Shown piece after piece: positions 40,901 to 47,865 of a DNA stretch of 64,000 bases; position 1 is the stretch's first letter; every line of letters starts with the position of its first letter. Below the pieces are notes generated by a model, which saw only the letters and a program-made list of their open reading frames with translations, searched no databases and had not been told where the DNA came from. The position numbers were made by a program, and so were the translations under genes. The stretch comes from a virus (taxonomy: Duplodnaviria > Caudoviricetes): positions 23,786 through 87,785 of IMG/VR virus record IMGVR_UViG_3300020457_000007, one strand, 5' to 3'.

Positions 40901-43900
40901 GATCCATTGATCTGACTGACTTTTGAAGGTTCGTTTAATTGTACAGTATGATACTTCTTAGTCTCAACATAATACTTCTGAGTAGAGATAGTAGAATCAG
41001 GTTGAACTGTAACAATGACATCATCACCGACTGCTAAACCGTGTCTGACGTTATCTGTCTTTAAAACTGCAATATTGTCTTCAACTTCTAGAAGTTTAAA
41101 TCCTTTAGATAGAGATCTAACGTTAACGATGGTTGCAGCACTAGTATTGACTTGACAACCATTACCAACTGCAAAGAATCCCAATTCAGCGTATGATGTG
41201 CTTGGTATAGTAACTGTATTACCATCATCGTCTACTGTAGTGAGTTTATTGGGGTTAGCAACCTGTAATTCGACAATAACAGTATTCTTGTCTACAACAT
41301 TACGTAAAACCTTACCAATAGCTACTTCGTGTGCTACACCACCAGATTGTTCAGTGAATACGACATTATCACCAACTGCTGCTAATACAGTGTTATCAAA
41401 GGTGATATTGTAAATCTCAGTTGTAGAATCAACTGTATCAGTAAGATTGAATGTACCTGTAACATTTTTTACAACAAACTGTGATGTCTCTTCAATTAGA
41501 CCAATTACGGTAGCTATAGCACCAGTATTGTTCTGAGTTAGTGAAGAATTGTGATTTAAGTAAACATTCCTGTCACAAGTGAAATAATTGTTCTTTGGAG
41601 TGTTACAAGACAAAGATGCAACTTGCTGACCTTGAATTTGGTCTACAGCAGCAAATAATCCATCTCCATTGTCATTAATGGAATTATCAACATATAGAAC
41701 GTCTTCATTCGTGAAATTGAAGGAAGACTGATGAACTTCGATATCTGTGATCGGTCCATACTCAATTCCGCTAACTCTAGACGTTAAGAGCTCTCCAGTG
41801 TCTGCTGTAGCGTTTACAGTTCTTCTACGGACTCCATCTGGCAAATATTTTTGTTTAGACTTAGTTTTCCAGTTTTCTTCAACAGGAACATTGTAAAATG
41901 CCTCTCCGATCGAATATGGGAACGTAGGAGACTCACTATCGTCTGTAGTTAAGAAATAAGCGTATACACCGTTTGGAAATTCGGGTGTAGTGCAAAAACG
42001 ACCATTATTAGCATCTAGTGTTCCTAATCTTTCGATAAACTCGAAATCATTAGTAAAACGACCTAATGAGTAAGTATTTGTGTCTGGAGCATTAGATCCT
42101 CTTGATGCTTTAAGTCTCCAGCTGGATTCCATCCTTTTAATAGTAGGATTCGCAGCAGTAACATCTTGATATGGATCTTCATAGCCAAAACTACCATATA
42201 TCGGATTTCCGTCATACGCCCAACCTAATATTGGAGAATGACTGTTATTAGAGAGTGGGTTACCCTGACCATCAACATTATCCTGTCTTAAAATCTTTAA
42301 AGAGGTAGGAGCAATGATATGACCATATGAATAACCATAATTAGGGTCATTTGCAATTTCTACGATACCACCAGCATTACCATTGTCAACAGACATCTCT
42401 AAGTACCTGTTATACTGCCATCTAGTCAAAACAGCAGTTGCTGAAGCAGTTCTAGACTTAGGTACTAGTGTAATAGTTGTAGAACCTTCCTCATAGTCAA
42501 ATCCACCAGATTGTTGAGTGAATCCAGTGATCTTACCTGTTACAGTGTCTATTTGGCAAGTATAGAACGCACCTTTACCTTTTCCACTCGCATCGTAGAT
42601 AAAAACATCAGGTGGTTCCGTGTAATCGGTTCCAGCGTCTATAACTTCAGCATTTTGGTTTACAGAGAGATAAATGTTCGCAATTTGACCTTGCTGAATC
42701 AAAACAGTAAATTCTCCACCAGTTCCAGAGGTAAATTCAACTGTAGGAGCAGTTGTGTATCCAGAACCTTGATTTGTGACGTTTACAGCTATGACTTCTC
42801 CAATTCCATTAATCTGTGCTTCTGCTGTGGCATTTCCTTCAACAATAACCTTTGGAGGTACGCTATAATTCCTTCCTCTGTCTGTAATCTCGATTTTTTC
42901 GAGTAAACCGAAATCTAGACCTCTTGATGACTTGTAATTGTATAATGGAACTCCATTAACCATTACACCAACCTCTTCTGAGGTTGTTAATTCTTTTGTG
43001 CTTGCATTTACTGGTTCTCTAGGAAGAATCTTTAAATGCTCTTGATCTTCAGGTACTTTTATGTTGTCAAATGGTCCTATAGCATAAGATGGGAATCCAG
43101 AAGACGCAATATAGTAATTATCAGTATCTCTATAGATTGCAGAGACATCTGAAAGAATTTTATCCTTAATATTGTTAGTTCCTACGTTACTAGGGTCAGA
43201 ACCTGATAACTTACTAAAGTTTTGATTGACAATCCACTCATTTGACAATGGAAGGTCATCTTGGAATCCAGATGCCTTAAATTCAACCATATTGTTGAAT
43301 GAGACATAAGGAATACCACCACTAGCTACATCAAAGTAGTTGTCTGCGGTTTCATCGTACTCTAGACCAGAACTTGCCTCTGGTTCGATACCTTCAGAGG
43401 TTAATCCTGATACAAGACCATAGATACGAAGTTCTATTTCATTACGGACTCCATTTTCAGTATAAAAACCTGAAAGGTTGTTTTTTGTAAATGCTCTTAC
43501 ACCTTTCTCGTGGTTATAGAGTTGTTTGTTGTCAGAATTGACTGCATCCCTCTCTTTGATGATAAATTGAGTCGCAGTCTTACTACTATATGTAATTTCT
43601 TCAGTACCAATGACTACACGACCATCTTTCTCTGGAAATCCAATAGTAGAGAACACATCGATGCGATCTCCAAGACCTGCATTGGTAGAAATGTCATTCA
43701 TTAAGAATGTACGACGTGCAATAGCAAATACACCCTCTTTACTACCAGGTGAGATAGTTAAAGTGTACTGTAGACTACCTTGATAAGGTTCACCGACTAT
43801 ATTGTCGATAATAGCAGTCGCAGCAGTCAGTTCGGGGTTATATGGATCAGGAGATTGAATAACCTCATTACCAACGATCTTTCTAATGTCTCCAGATATA

Positions 43901-44628
43901 ACTTCACATACTAATAGCTCTTTATTGTTCCATCCAGACTCAGATGCCTTATAAACATTCTCTTTTGGATAGATGATGTCAGGTTTGACACTAAACAGCA
44001 TCTGGAAGATGAACTCCAGTGACTGTGGTGTACCTTTGACGTTATAGAAGTCCTTTATCCTCTTAACTAAGAGGTTCTTGTTTGTTGTGTCTCTAAGATA
44101 AGGATATGGGAAACCGCTAGTATACTGTTCTTCGTAATTCTTGATTAAAGCAGCCAGTAGAAGGTTGCTTAGGTTGTTGACAACTGCAAACTGCTTATGA
44201 ACAGCAGCAACTGACTCTACAAAGTTGATTGGTTCGTATAAGTCACCAACTTTGGTCTTTGCACTATAGCCACGGACACAATTAGTGAATTGTGTGTCTG
44301 TTTTAGATTCATACAGGAAGATTTCCTGATCAATCATTATCATCCCGTTACTATCAGGGAATCCATCAGTCGAATCGACTGTAATATGAATATTATCAGT
44401 ACCTAGAGGTATTTCTATATCTAAACTTGCTGTCTTAACAAGAATCTCAGGTGAGAATGTATCTACATCAAGATATCTCTCGAAATTGTTAAGAATATCC
44501 TGTGGTCCTTCACTTATTGATAATGCTTCATAATATTTGGACAGGAAATTCGTAACGAGGGGATAATCCTCGACAACAAAATCAGGTAACTGACTTTCAA
44601 TCAGTGCTGCTAGACTTGGACCTGCCAT
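28975..44628 (-). CDS. gp7: Giant baseplate wedge initiator (5217 aa) with large repeat insertions
   Basis: IESQLPDFV.EDYP...FL..YYE, IKDFY..KGT..S..F.F..LF, HSPILGWAYDGNPIYG, QD..YYQDYSYVVKS...W...V....HPAGF; lies between gp6 and gp8. Confidence 0.88.
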   Translation of the reverse strand: MAGPSLAALIESQLPDFVVEDYPLVTNFLSKYYEALSISEGPQDILNNFERYLDVDTFSPEILVKTASLDIEIPLGTDNIHITVDSTDGFPDSNGMIMIDQEIFLYESKTDTQFTNCVRGYSAKTKVGDLYEPINFVESVAAVHKQFAVVNNLSNLLLAALIKNYEEQYTSGFPYPYLRDTTNKNLLVKRIKDFYNVKGTPQSLEFIFQMLFSVKPDIIYPKENVYKASESGWNNKELLVCEVISGDIRKIVGNEVIQSPDPYNPELTAATAIIDNIVGEPYQGSLQYTLTISPGSKEGVFAIARRTFLMNDISTNAGLGDRIDVFSTIGFPEKDGRVVIGTEEITYSSKTATQFIIKERDAVNSDNKQLYNHEKGVRAFTKNNLSGFYTENGVRNEIELRIYGLVSGLTSEGIEPEASSGLEYDETADNYFDVASGGIPYVSFNNMVEFKASGFQDDLPLSNEWIVNQNFSKLSGSDPSNVGTNNIKDKILSDVSAIYRDTDNYYIASSGFPSYAIGPFDNIKVPEDQEHLKILPREPVNASTKELTTSEEVGVMVNGVPLYNYKSSRGLDFGLLEKIEITDRGRNYSVPPKVIVEGNATAEAQINGIGEVIAVNVTNQGSGYTTAPTVEFTSGTGGEFTVLIQQGQIANIYLSVNQNAEVIDAGTDYTEPPDVFIYDASGKGKGAFYTCQIDTVTGKITGFTQQSGGFDYEEGSTTITLVPKSRTASATAVLTRWQYNRYLEMSVDNGNAGGIVEIANDPNYGYSYGHIIAPTSLKILRQDNVDGQGNPLSNNSHSPILGWAYDGNPIYGSFGYEDPYQDVTAANPTIKRMESSWRLKASRGSNAPDTNTYSLGRFTNDFEFIERLGTLDANNGRFCTTPEFPNGVYAYFLTTDDSESPTFPYSIGEAFYNVPVEENWKTKSKQKYLPDGVRRRTVNATADTGELLTSRVSGIEYGPITDIEVHQSSFNFTNEDVLYVDNSINDNGDGLFAAVDQIQGQQVASLSCNTPKNNYFTCDRNVYLNHNSSLTQNNTGAIATVIGLIEETSQFVVKNVTGTFNLTDTVDSTTEIYNITFDNTVLAAVGDNVVFTEQSGGVAHEVAIGKVLRNVVDKNTVIVELQVANPNKLTTVDDDGNTVTIPSTSYAELGFFAVGNGCQVNTSAATIVNVRSLSKGFKLLEVEDNIAVLKTDNVRHGLAVGDDVIVTVQPDSTISTQKYYVETKKYHTVQLNEPSKVSQINGSGIARVSIINAGSGFTPSTTFNGLNVTNQSGTGSAGTLTVTTDAGGHVVSAQIITKGDGYEYGNIVTIQSSLLGGNVNSQEATFFVDAAGCAKTDTIITVTSGSGYSRDDIIRITDEECQITNVTGNFLTVIRGVNGTEAEDHIEGVDVTLITNIYRFTKDSNVSFSGNNAWIDSYDSETHKLIVYYLNEGDTTIDTNSTFLDGSTPNKQVSIASVEPTSLRFRFRKDGQTEWNRNISIECQKTYRYLFDTSDPSLVNRNLKFYENVYRTTELVQAYQSTVKPGNTGSFSTFQLGYGIPVDGTTWKSTPVLDIPTKIYYGEVSAKIDAEDQFFTLVEDPFAGKHAVFYGYEYEFAYRLKQTPQNEGFTNVQYYTDSLYAVGAIKRVKVISGGKNYTMPPQVPGVFLNKRFRGAFTVNLTEGRITSVTVTDTGLNYSKPIVLLENRGDGANAKFTIELRADGSVSRIIPIDEGVNYADTTTLRLYESDTKLFAQGTDIGKLATLEIISSGKDFNNDPTLAPQVNPPIVMTLRDMPDKAFLNGELITQRNLAGDMIASGRVDYWVDGMNILRLKGIYGKFDSRYQIYGETLRATASIQVIYVANITPQIGPTSTSVGSYSSDRSKLSAVSQKVQDGVYYQDYSYVVKSTVSINDWRDFVKRFTHPAGFNLFGEVLIESQGDGTQPETIDTPQSGTKDNGYGAVMSIIEPGVLGVTCAHKSRRITQSHVRVDSMSKQRGTGTINYSEQNNVEIEVFDLAISPAFDGAVQADGTITGTTQFTLFKKDINEVLVPFRATQLVVTLDGVLQDPDTAYTVAGSTITFASAPLGPYTDPSTGIFVPGVTFYGKSMKFQDDANNAEYMREANNITSLFDGTTTEFDLGIPIVDGDHLYVSLDGVIQEPDVAFTLTTNPGNGKITFTEPPRQVGKIVELEIGDATNWLVNDYVVGQTSGARGEIVAKRYFSDNRFLDAANIIDNNAAVLAEEAVFILDNTSKFAPEYFQYPGLGRNQCIVDLKSVLRAMADDLIQGGNSNTFDAAKEYLLDPSDPNSGIKHIEGEVEATLWSMKYLKDMVILAVRNKFGIDNLYDFQRAAASDFRLQPTDATYSATSGTLVLTIPNHELTTADFIAIADNSMTWSCDMDGQTSDKTYPRQGDPAYRSTLDITQVTDDTVTVNVGTTSNITHTPTDGSYDPTTGLMTLDIGSHNLSPNTAVKIAPNSLSFKCEMDHRDSVKTYPRTTDPFYDKAFNIVSTGSTFHTAETASYNPTTGIVTIQVTDHGFEAGDNVKLADGALTFSCTYGGGVHNYVGGTATNAVTVTGGASFNVTNASYNPSNGDLSLTIGTHTLTIVDTVTIAGGSLVFRCDEDNFATDHSYPRATDPAYNLPIAIKAVDQGSGTITVNVGVSSPGSAYPRSSDPISGKFIPISNVTTNTFDIQCLDTLPSSNLDTHTFVSALTDGIELEKGKITLQVGQTPLVTHDVSDAAYDPVTGDMELTIGNHTLAANTSIKLRDSSLIFSCTHGSGNKSYPRPDTYSHTATTGTSYNPVNGEMLVTTTSAHNMADGDWIKFEDNSLTLTCTYGAGTHTYVGGTAIDAVSSGGSNFNVIGADYNFGTGVMILTIGNHSLTTSDTITIAANSLSFTCDADSHATVHTYPRTTDPVYNTAIAIDSVDATTITVNVGVGSNGQAKTYPRTGDYPNDRWLKVSNVTTDTFVVTVLDAIPSTNTDTHVFVSATADGIKQKVDPFYDTAINIKSVTNTSITINILNVAPSTNVTPHTFVDALPGAVISGGAYTHKFVTAAADSIISGGNYAHTFKSALANSIGVYADPYNIDNPVANTFIDAAKLIKDNKTFVAEESVARMATGNLRSVTDATYTPADGLLEMNIGPHSFTTGELVQIPDGALTFNCAMDGNGSPKQYPRATDPVSGKNLSITATTSNTITVNVGTTPLVNHNVSNATYDPVTGEMVLTIGSHSLAVGTAIKLTTDSLLFECDNGGVAQRTYPRASGANTSNGEDYAYDTALDIISADATTITINVNGGQGAISHNYPHTFISATGGAVVSGGNYTHTFVSSATPIKVGVGIIADPYYDDAAYIKYEGTPLTATNAGYNPETGVVEITVPTQQFTVTDAAYSPASGDMQLTIGAHSLTCYDKIKLTADSLSFSCEYNGVVQTKTYPRAVGANTTSGADYAYDTWLPVLKKDATTITVNVNGGQGTISHNFPHTFQGAGSSGVTTYGHGLTDGDYIKLMDHSLTFTCDEDGNQTNHAYPRSTDPISDKWIEVSNVTPNTFEIQCLTTIPSSNETDHTFVSAYTNGIIRQDGVIVTNIGKSSNDSTHQFVQQVGKTPTNAVYTPNDGKMVLTIADHGYSNGDWVKLDIGAVTFRCDENGQADDHAYPRAITDMFTADTGTTYDPSTGVLSVRTTVAHNLSNGDWIKFDDGALTFTCLEDTNSSQHPYPRYTDYPSNRWLEISNATGNAFDVTVLDILPSTNVTDHSFVSGVSNAIKHKKDWASDGWFQISNTSLNQFEITVNTTVPSSNTTNHVFQSALPNSVKKASLITGGSYTHTFDRALDDAITVNTGAKFKPTDVAYDASTGDMVLTLGSGHSITTSNTITILANSIIMRCAMDANETPHSYPRVGDPVYGRSITVKSVDATTITVHVGKSEPLPYEPSILTYDPATGDMMMDVGTHRLGRHTGIKFFPDTITLTCGMDDHATTHTYPRASSHDALGDCVDDVKDILEAIVWNLKYGGNNKVWDAADLFIDRDGYLEHIQHSVPEVLNVMGHLKTILANIIRNNTVNAVGTHGLIQIKDPSITKESNECAQVESAVDTFVGLIENAVQNPTTFESGVTRTIPERWPIVYSSLTANRDLTITVDSMPQCAQVESAINSLFSIVLNTIKETAFNQKNYLMTITQDFPNPNRIQVEMTKKEFLNGEDIQSEASLAIANVGATAIISPGVQQKFFGFKHGKYYKMDSIEAQFNDAQTIFELERGGVPFYAERSQNVVVILNGVIQQNRIAYRIEDNIIVFQEAPSEGSECFILYFYGLDPERVLLGFNIEPEGTFKKFFRLTVDQQIVLPLEGADCWISTDPNGGTHTYEYSYARGRIYKQNWAPGARNLLFVEGVTGQKVNWLNGTLSLTRDRGASASLLDVTVNAVEESTNSDLREKLFNRQDRIPSTLKTGDFIQIDGEADSRSIIRAAREALVTSGYDSDTTVGSFFRSYEYEVVINVGAYSGQIEGDGAQAVARIDAELRYHSLTSSRQAGVEFLPNDVVCQYNDQNDINSGIVWQGTVKNYIPARKTLELYSLYLDGSGYTDPVAANFRPGEKVYINNVAGTECTGLQYLKPGGVNSIVLSKRDNSTYFDNVANWRQDNVLNKGKDLMGGGFVPQNASANNISQEYDFSSSIYSGDLQDQISKNYREPPVMIFRSQPEVDSNGDPVGAPAGGGARANAIAVRGEIADTEIISGGSGYKVPPQILFTRGYFVIRKNPLDIKNLTTFGIEPVGIDAAAKLHSYLSVIKKGGAQTTWAQWAAVVPYGVTLVFGNAGGSAYLLNRTYDPVIHIRKIIDLQDLATKGQPQILVELKPEQTRVQYLKTNVTNTQCSGGVQGVSVAVTKYKFTETKLTAQSGAIEKQAGTNPQMKGVKETFSPGNLGPHLNYLQSFKFEIQPQSTTNNNGYYTDGMGRTIQYIMGDMNIGWWSEKYPNLTIEDFENPEVYNSQVNDPGDTNNFVYMQGSEVHFGTKLTYSALDNPNGSDTILVDSTAGFPASGGAFIIGSAADQSKVEKITYTQAFPDRFVGCTRVNPLGVVEKGFSAYDFNTTNVGASVVSGGTVFDSNINYLLFSGVSGARSATFAPTDLTTYNTVTFSAIRGDGSNGGNAPGSAVNDLMLSYSIDGGTTFIDIGSVVTYSQANYTSWNTITQNIPANAQTATTIIRIYMADSTNMTSDQYGVRLMWFNDANTDSYVAGDYIITADLDL
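32735..37620 (-). repeat. 15 degenerate ~100-aa beta repeats within gp7
   Basis: 15 YPR motifs counted; consensus TDA.Y.P.TG.M.LTIG.H.L....IK....SL.F.C..D.....YPR..DP....I..V...TITVNVG...HTFVSA. Confidence 0.9.
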
Positions 44629-44631
44629 TTA

Positions 44632-46446
44632 TCAGATAAGTGCTTCTTGGGTGATCAGGAATACGCTAGATTGCAAATCAAGACTTAGATATGCTTCCCG
44701 ATATGCGTATATATCTTTGTTTGTTGGACTGACACGAAGTTCAATCCTTCCATCATCATAAGTTCCTTTGATTATATTTAACCGATTCAACATTACCTCT
44801 CCTTTACTATAATCGATGGTTCCTTGCTGTGCATTGAGGACAAATCGACTTTGTGTTGTAGGATCGATCTTGTATAGGTAAACATTACCTTTTTGATCGT
44901 CTGCTAAGTAGACGATATCACTTGGATACCCAGCTACTACAAAGCCACTGCTCTGTACAGAAGGATTTGAGCATCCACTCTTAACTACGTTCTGATAACA
45001 AATCTCATATTGAGTAACAGTGTTCAATACAGGAATGAAATCCTTCCTTAGTTTGATTTCTGTTTCATTAGATGTAATCGATTCATCGGTAGCATCAATA
45101 ATACCAACGATACGACTATATTTAAACCTACCATTGAATTTCTCAAGATCTGAGGTACCTCTGTAGGTAGTTAACGAATTAATTACTGCTGCTTTCAACT
45201 CAGACTCATTCAAAGTCGTTTTAGACTTGTTATAGAAGATGTTTGAGTTTAATTCAACGTATGTAATAGAAGGATCAACGATTTCAGGGGTAACTGATAC
45301 CACAGCATACTTTTTAAGGTCTGTAGCAATCAAATTCTTAGTGTACGCACTTAATTTAGTAGCGTAGCTAGGCTTTACGACGATTTTAACCTTTCCGTAT
45401 TCTGGAGGGCTAGCATCTTCTCCACCATAACAAACGATGTCAGCAATCGCAGGGAAAATACGACGGATAATGGATTCGTAGTCATCTGCGGTAACTGCTC
45501 TATTTTGTGTGTTGAAAAATTTCGGAGCATTACGCTTAATTGAGTCAACCGTTTCAAGGGATTCACCTCCAGACGCTGCTGTAGTAGTTGTTAAAGTAAT
45601 CGTAGGTGCATAATCATTCCCACCTACCTGATCCTCCAATACAGCACCGTAAGAGAAGACTCTAGCAGCGTTTGCAGCAGCACCATTAGTGGTGATATAT
45701 GAAACTTCGATATAATTGTTAGTATCTAGTTTCTTACCTAGGGTACCATCTCCAAAGATGATCTCATAACGCTCATCTTCACCTTCCTGTAAGAAGAAGA
45801 TCTGTGATGTACCATCAAAACCAATAATGTTATCAGCTAGACGATACTCAACCACACTAGTACTATTAAATGTTGGTCTAACAGTAACCTTGAGAGTGCT
45901 GGTGTCGATTCCTGCGTTTTGTAGGATAAACCTTTGAGGAATGGCAGCATTAAATGTAAATGTTTCAATAACATAGTTTCCCTCCTTAATTTCAACACCT
46001 TCAAATTTTGCTATGGACTGACTATTCAATCCAACCACATAATCTTTGGCTGTAATGAATGAATATGTAGTTCCATTGATCCTAGTAAGGTATTGTGACC
46101 CTCTAGGCATCTTAACGATTGCTGGAATATTATTCTGCGTACTAAAATCAGCATCGATGTTTAAAACTGCTGTGGGAGATACTGAAGACTTGGGAAGATA
46201 ACCTATTTGCTTAGCCAGAGACACCACATTGTCCCTGAGGGTCGCTGATTCAAGGAATGCCTCATTTACTACCATATTGGCGTTAAACGCCGTGTAGTAC
46301 GTATTATAAGCGAGTACGTCTAACAGGGTACTAAGAGTTGAACCCTCAAAGTCGTAATCAGTGAAATCACTATTAGATCGAAGATACTCTTTCAGAGATG
46401 ATTTAATCTCTGTAAAGTCTAAATTGGCAACTTGAACGTAAGACAT
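44632..46446 (-). CDS. gp6: Baseplate wedge subunit
   Basis: LDF.EIK.SLK.YLR..SDFTDYDFEGS.LS.LLDVLAYNTYY, NE.FLESATLRDNVVSLAK.IGY.P, QNRAVT.DDY. Confidence 0.95.
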   Translation of the reverse strand: MSYVQVANLDFTEIKSSLKEYLRSNSDFTDYDFEGSTLSTLLDVLAYNTYYTAFNANMVVNEAFLESATLRDNVVSLAKQIGYLPKSSVSPTAVLNIDADFSTQNNIPAIVKMPRGSQYLTRINGTTYSFITAKDYVVGLNSQSIAKFEGVEIKEGNYVIETFTFNAAIPQRFILQNAGIDTSTLKVTVRPTFNSTSVVEYRLADNIIGFDGTSQIFFLQEGEDERYEIIFGDGTLGKKLDTNNYIEVSYITTNGAAANAARVFSYGAVLEDQVGGNDYAPTITLTTTTAASGGESLETVDSIKRNAPKFFNTQNRAVTADDYESIIRRIFPAIADIVCYGGEDASPPEYGKVKIVVKPSYATKLSAYTKNLIATDLKKYAVVSVTPEIVDPSITYVELNSNIFYNKSKTTLNESELKAAVINSLTTYRGTSDLEKFNGRFKYSRIVGIIDATDESITSNETEIKLRKDFIPVLNTVTQYEICYQNVVKSGCSNPSVQSSGFVVAGYPSDIVYLADDQKGNVYLYKIDPTTQSRFVLNAQQGTIDYSKGEVMLNRLNIIKGTYDDGRIELRVSPTNKDIYAYREAYLSLDLQSSVFLITQEALI

Positions 46447-46845
46447 TTATCTGGTTCTTTCTAGGAAGAATTCTACATCCTGTACTTGGACATCGGATTG
46501 AATTCCGATGATCTCAAATGATATTGCACAGTCAAAGCCATTACTATCGTAATTGGCAGATATGTCGCAACGAAGAAGATTAATACGAGGCTCGTACTTT
46601 GTGATCACATACTCGATCTCCTCCTTTAGAAGAGACGCAGTAGCAGAGTCAAGAGGTTCAAATAACAAATCAGCAACATTACTACCGAGATCTGGCTTAA
46701 AGAACCTCTCCCCCTTTCTTGTCATCACAATATTATATAACGCTCTTTTTACCGCAATTTCGTCTGTGGTAGTAAGAACGTCTTCAGTGACAGGGTTGAT
46801 ACCTAAAGAAATAGATACGTCTTTAAAGTCAATAGCCTTCGGCAT
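46447..46845 (-). CDS. gp25: Baseplate wedge subunit (gp25/GPW family)
   Basis: FKD.S.S...NPVT.D, AVKR...N.V.T..GERFF.P..GS....LFE, YEPRI. Confidence 0.93.
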   Translation of the reverse strand: MPKAIDFKDVSISLGINPVTEDVLTTTDEIAVKRALYNIVMTRKGERFFKPDLGSNVADLLFEPLDSATASLLKEEIEYVITKYEPRINLLRCDISANYDSNGFDCAISFEIIGIQSDVQVQDVEFFLERTR

Positions 46846-46883
46846 ACACTAATACACGAGGTCGTGACTTTATTTAGCGACTT

Positions 46884-47183
46884 TTAACTTACCTTATAGA
46901 ATGTATACTTTAAAAACAACTCTTCACCCTTCTTAATAGGTCTAAGAGTTCTCATATGATATATTTGTCCCCACTCTTCCATCTCTAGATCCTTTGTGCA
47001 GTTAGGTTCCTCATTATGGTTCACAAACCCACCTAAAGGGGTTCTCATAATGGTGCTGTCTACAACTACGTGTGATATACCCAGATAAACATCATCAGGT
47101 ATATCCTCAGTGGCAAATAAACCCTGTCCAGCGACAGGGCTATCTTTTACGTGCAAACACTTAGGTAATGCTTGATAAGTCAC
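46884..47183 (-). CDS. Minimal SET-domain protein (putative lysine methyltransferase)
   Basis: S.V.GQGLFATEDI, GGFVNH..EPNC and RPIKKGEELFLKY SET motifs. Confidence 0.85.
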   Translation of the reverse strand: MTYQALPKCLHVKDSPVAGQGLFATEDIPDDVYLGISHVVVDSTIMRTPLGGFVNHNEEPNCTKDLEMEEWGQIYHMRTLRPIKKGEELFLKYTFYKVS

Positions 47184-47317
47184 TTTCTTCCTTGTCCACG
47201 GTATCTTTTCTTAGCACCATTCCTAGAAGTAGCAGAGTACTTAGAATGTGCACCCATACCTTGACGAGTTTTTTTGGGAGTTGCTTCTTTTTTAGTCGAG
47301 TTGTTGTAAAGTGCCAT
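47180..47317 (-). CDS. Small basic protein (45 aa)
   Basis: Not in ORF track: MALYNNSTKKEATPKKTRQGMGAHSKYSATSRNGAKKRYRGQGRK; TAATG overlap with the PAAR gene and GTGA overlap with the SET gene. Confidence 0.8.
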   Translation of the reverse strand: MALYNNSTKKEATPKKTRQGMGAHSKYSATSRNGAKKRYRGQGRK

Positions 47318-47865
47318 TAGTTAGAGCAATCGGTTACAGAGTTATCACCTGGAGATTGTGACCCTGAACCACCACCTCCTCCAATAGAAGGAATTGATAG
47401 TATAGGGAACGAACCCAGAGCTGCCATTGCAGCAGCGAGAGCAGCAAGTTTAGAGATTGAACTGCCTCCCGTACATAATAGCACATTAGGGGCACCTACC
47501 GCAACCTTTGACCCGCAACTGATACTTGTTCCAATTTTTGCAGGAGGGAATCCTGTAGGACATATTTTAGGTCCAATCTTCGCTAATACCGCATCTGTCT
47601 CTGCATTACCTGTCTTAGCGACAGGAAGTGGTACAGAAGGAGCACCTACTCCGCAATCAACTGTAGCACAACCCACTGAAACAGTGCCTGGATGGCACGC
47701 AGGGTTCTTTCCACACGGTTTGCAGTGCACATTTCTTATTTGTGTGCTTACAAGAGGTGCAATCTTAGTTACTTTGACCGTTGTAACGGGTGAAGGAGCG
47801 TATCCTTGGGGTGGCCAGCACCCGTGACCCGTACAAACGCCTGTTGTTAGTCCAAAAGCTGACAT
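47317..47865 (-). CDS. PAAR-like baseplate spike tip (gp5.4-like) with extensions
   Basis: CTGHGCWPP, H..C...CH.G.V..G..TV, P.AKIG.SISCGS.VA.G.PNV; position next to gp25. Confidence 0.75.
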   Translation of the reverse strand: MSAFGLTTGVCTGHGCWPPQGYAPSPVTTVKVTKIAPLVSTQIRNVHCKPCGKNPACHPGTVSVGCATVDCGVGAPSVPLPVAKTGNAETDAVLAKIGPKICPTGFPPAKIGTSISCGSKVAVGAPNVLLCTGGSSISKLAALAAAMAALGSFPILSIPSIGGGGGSGSQSPGDNSVTDCSN

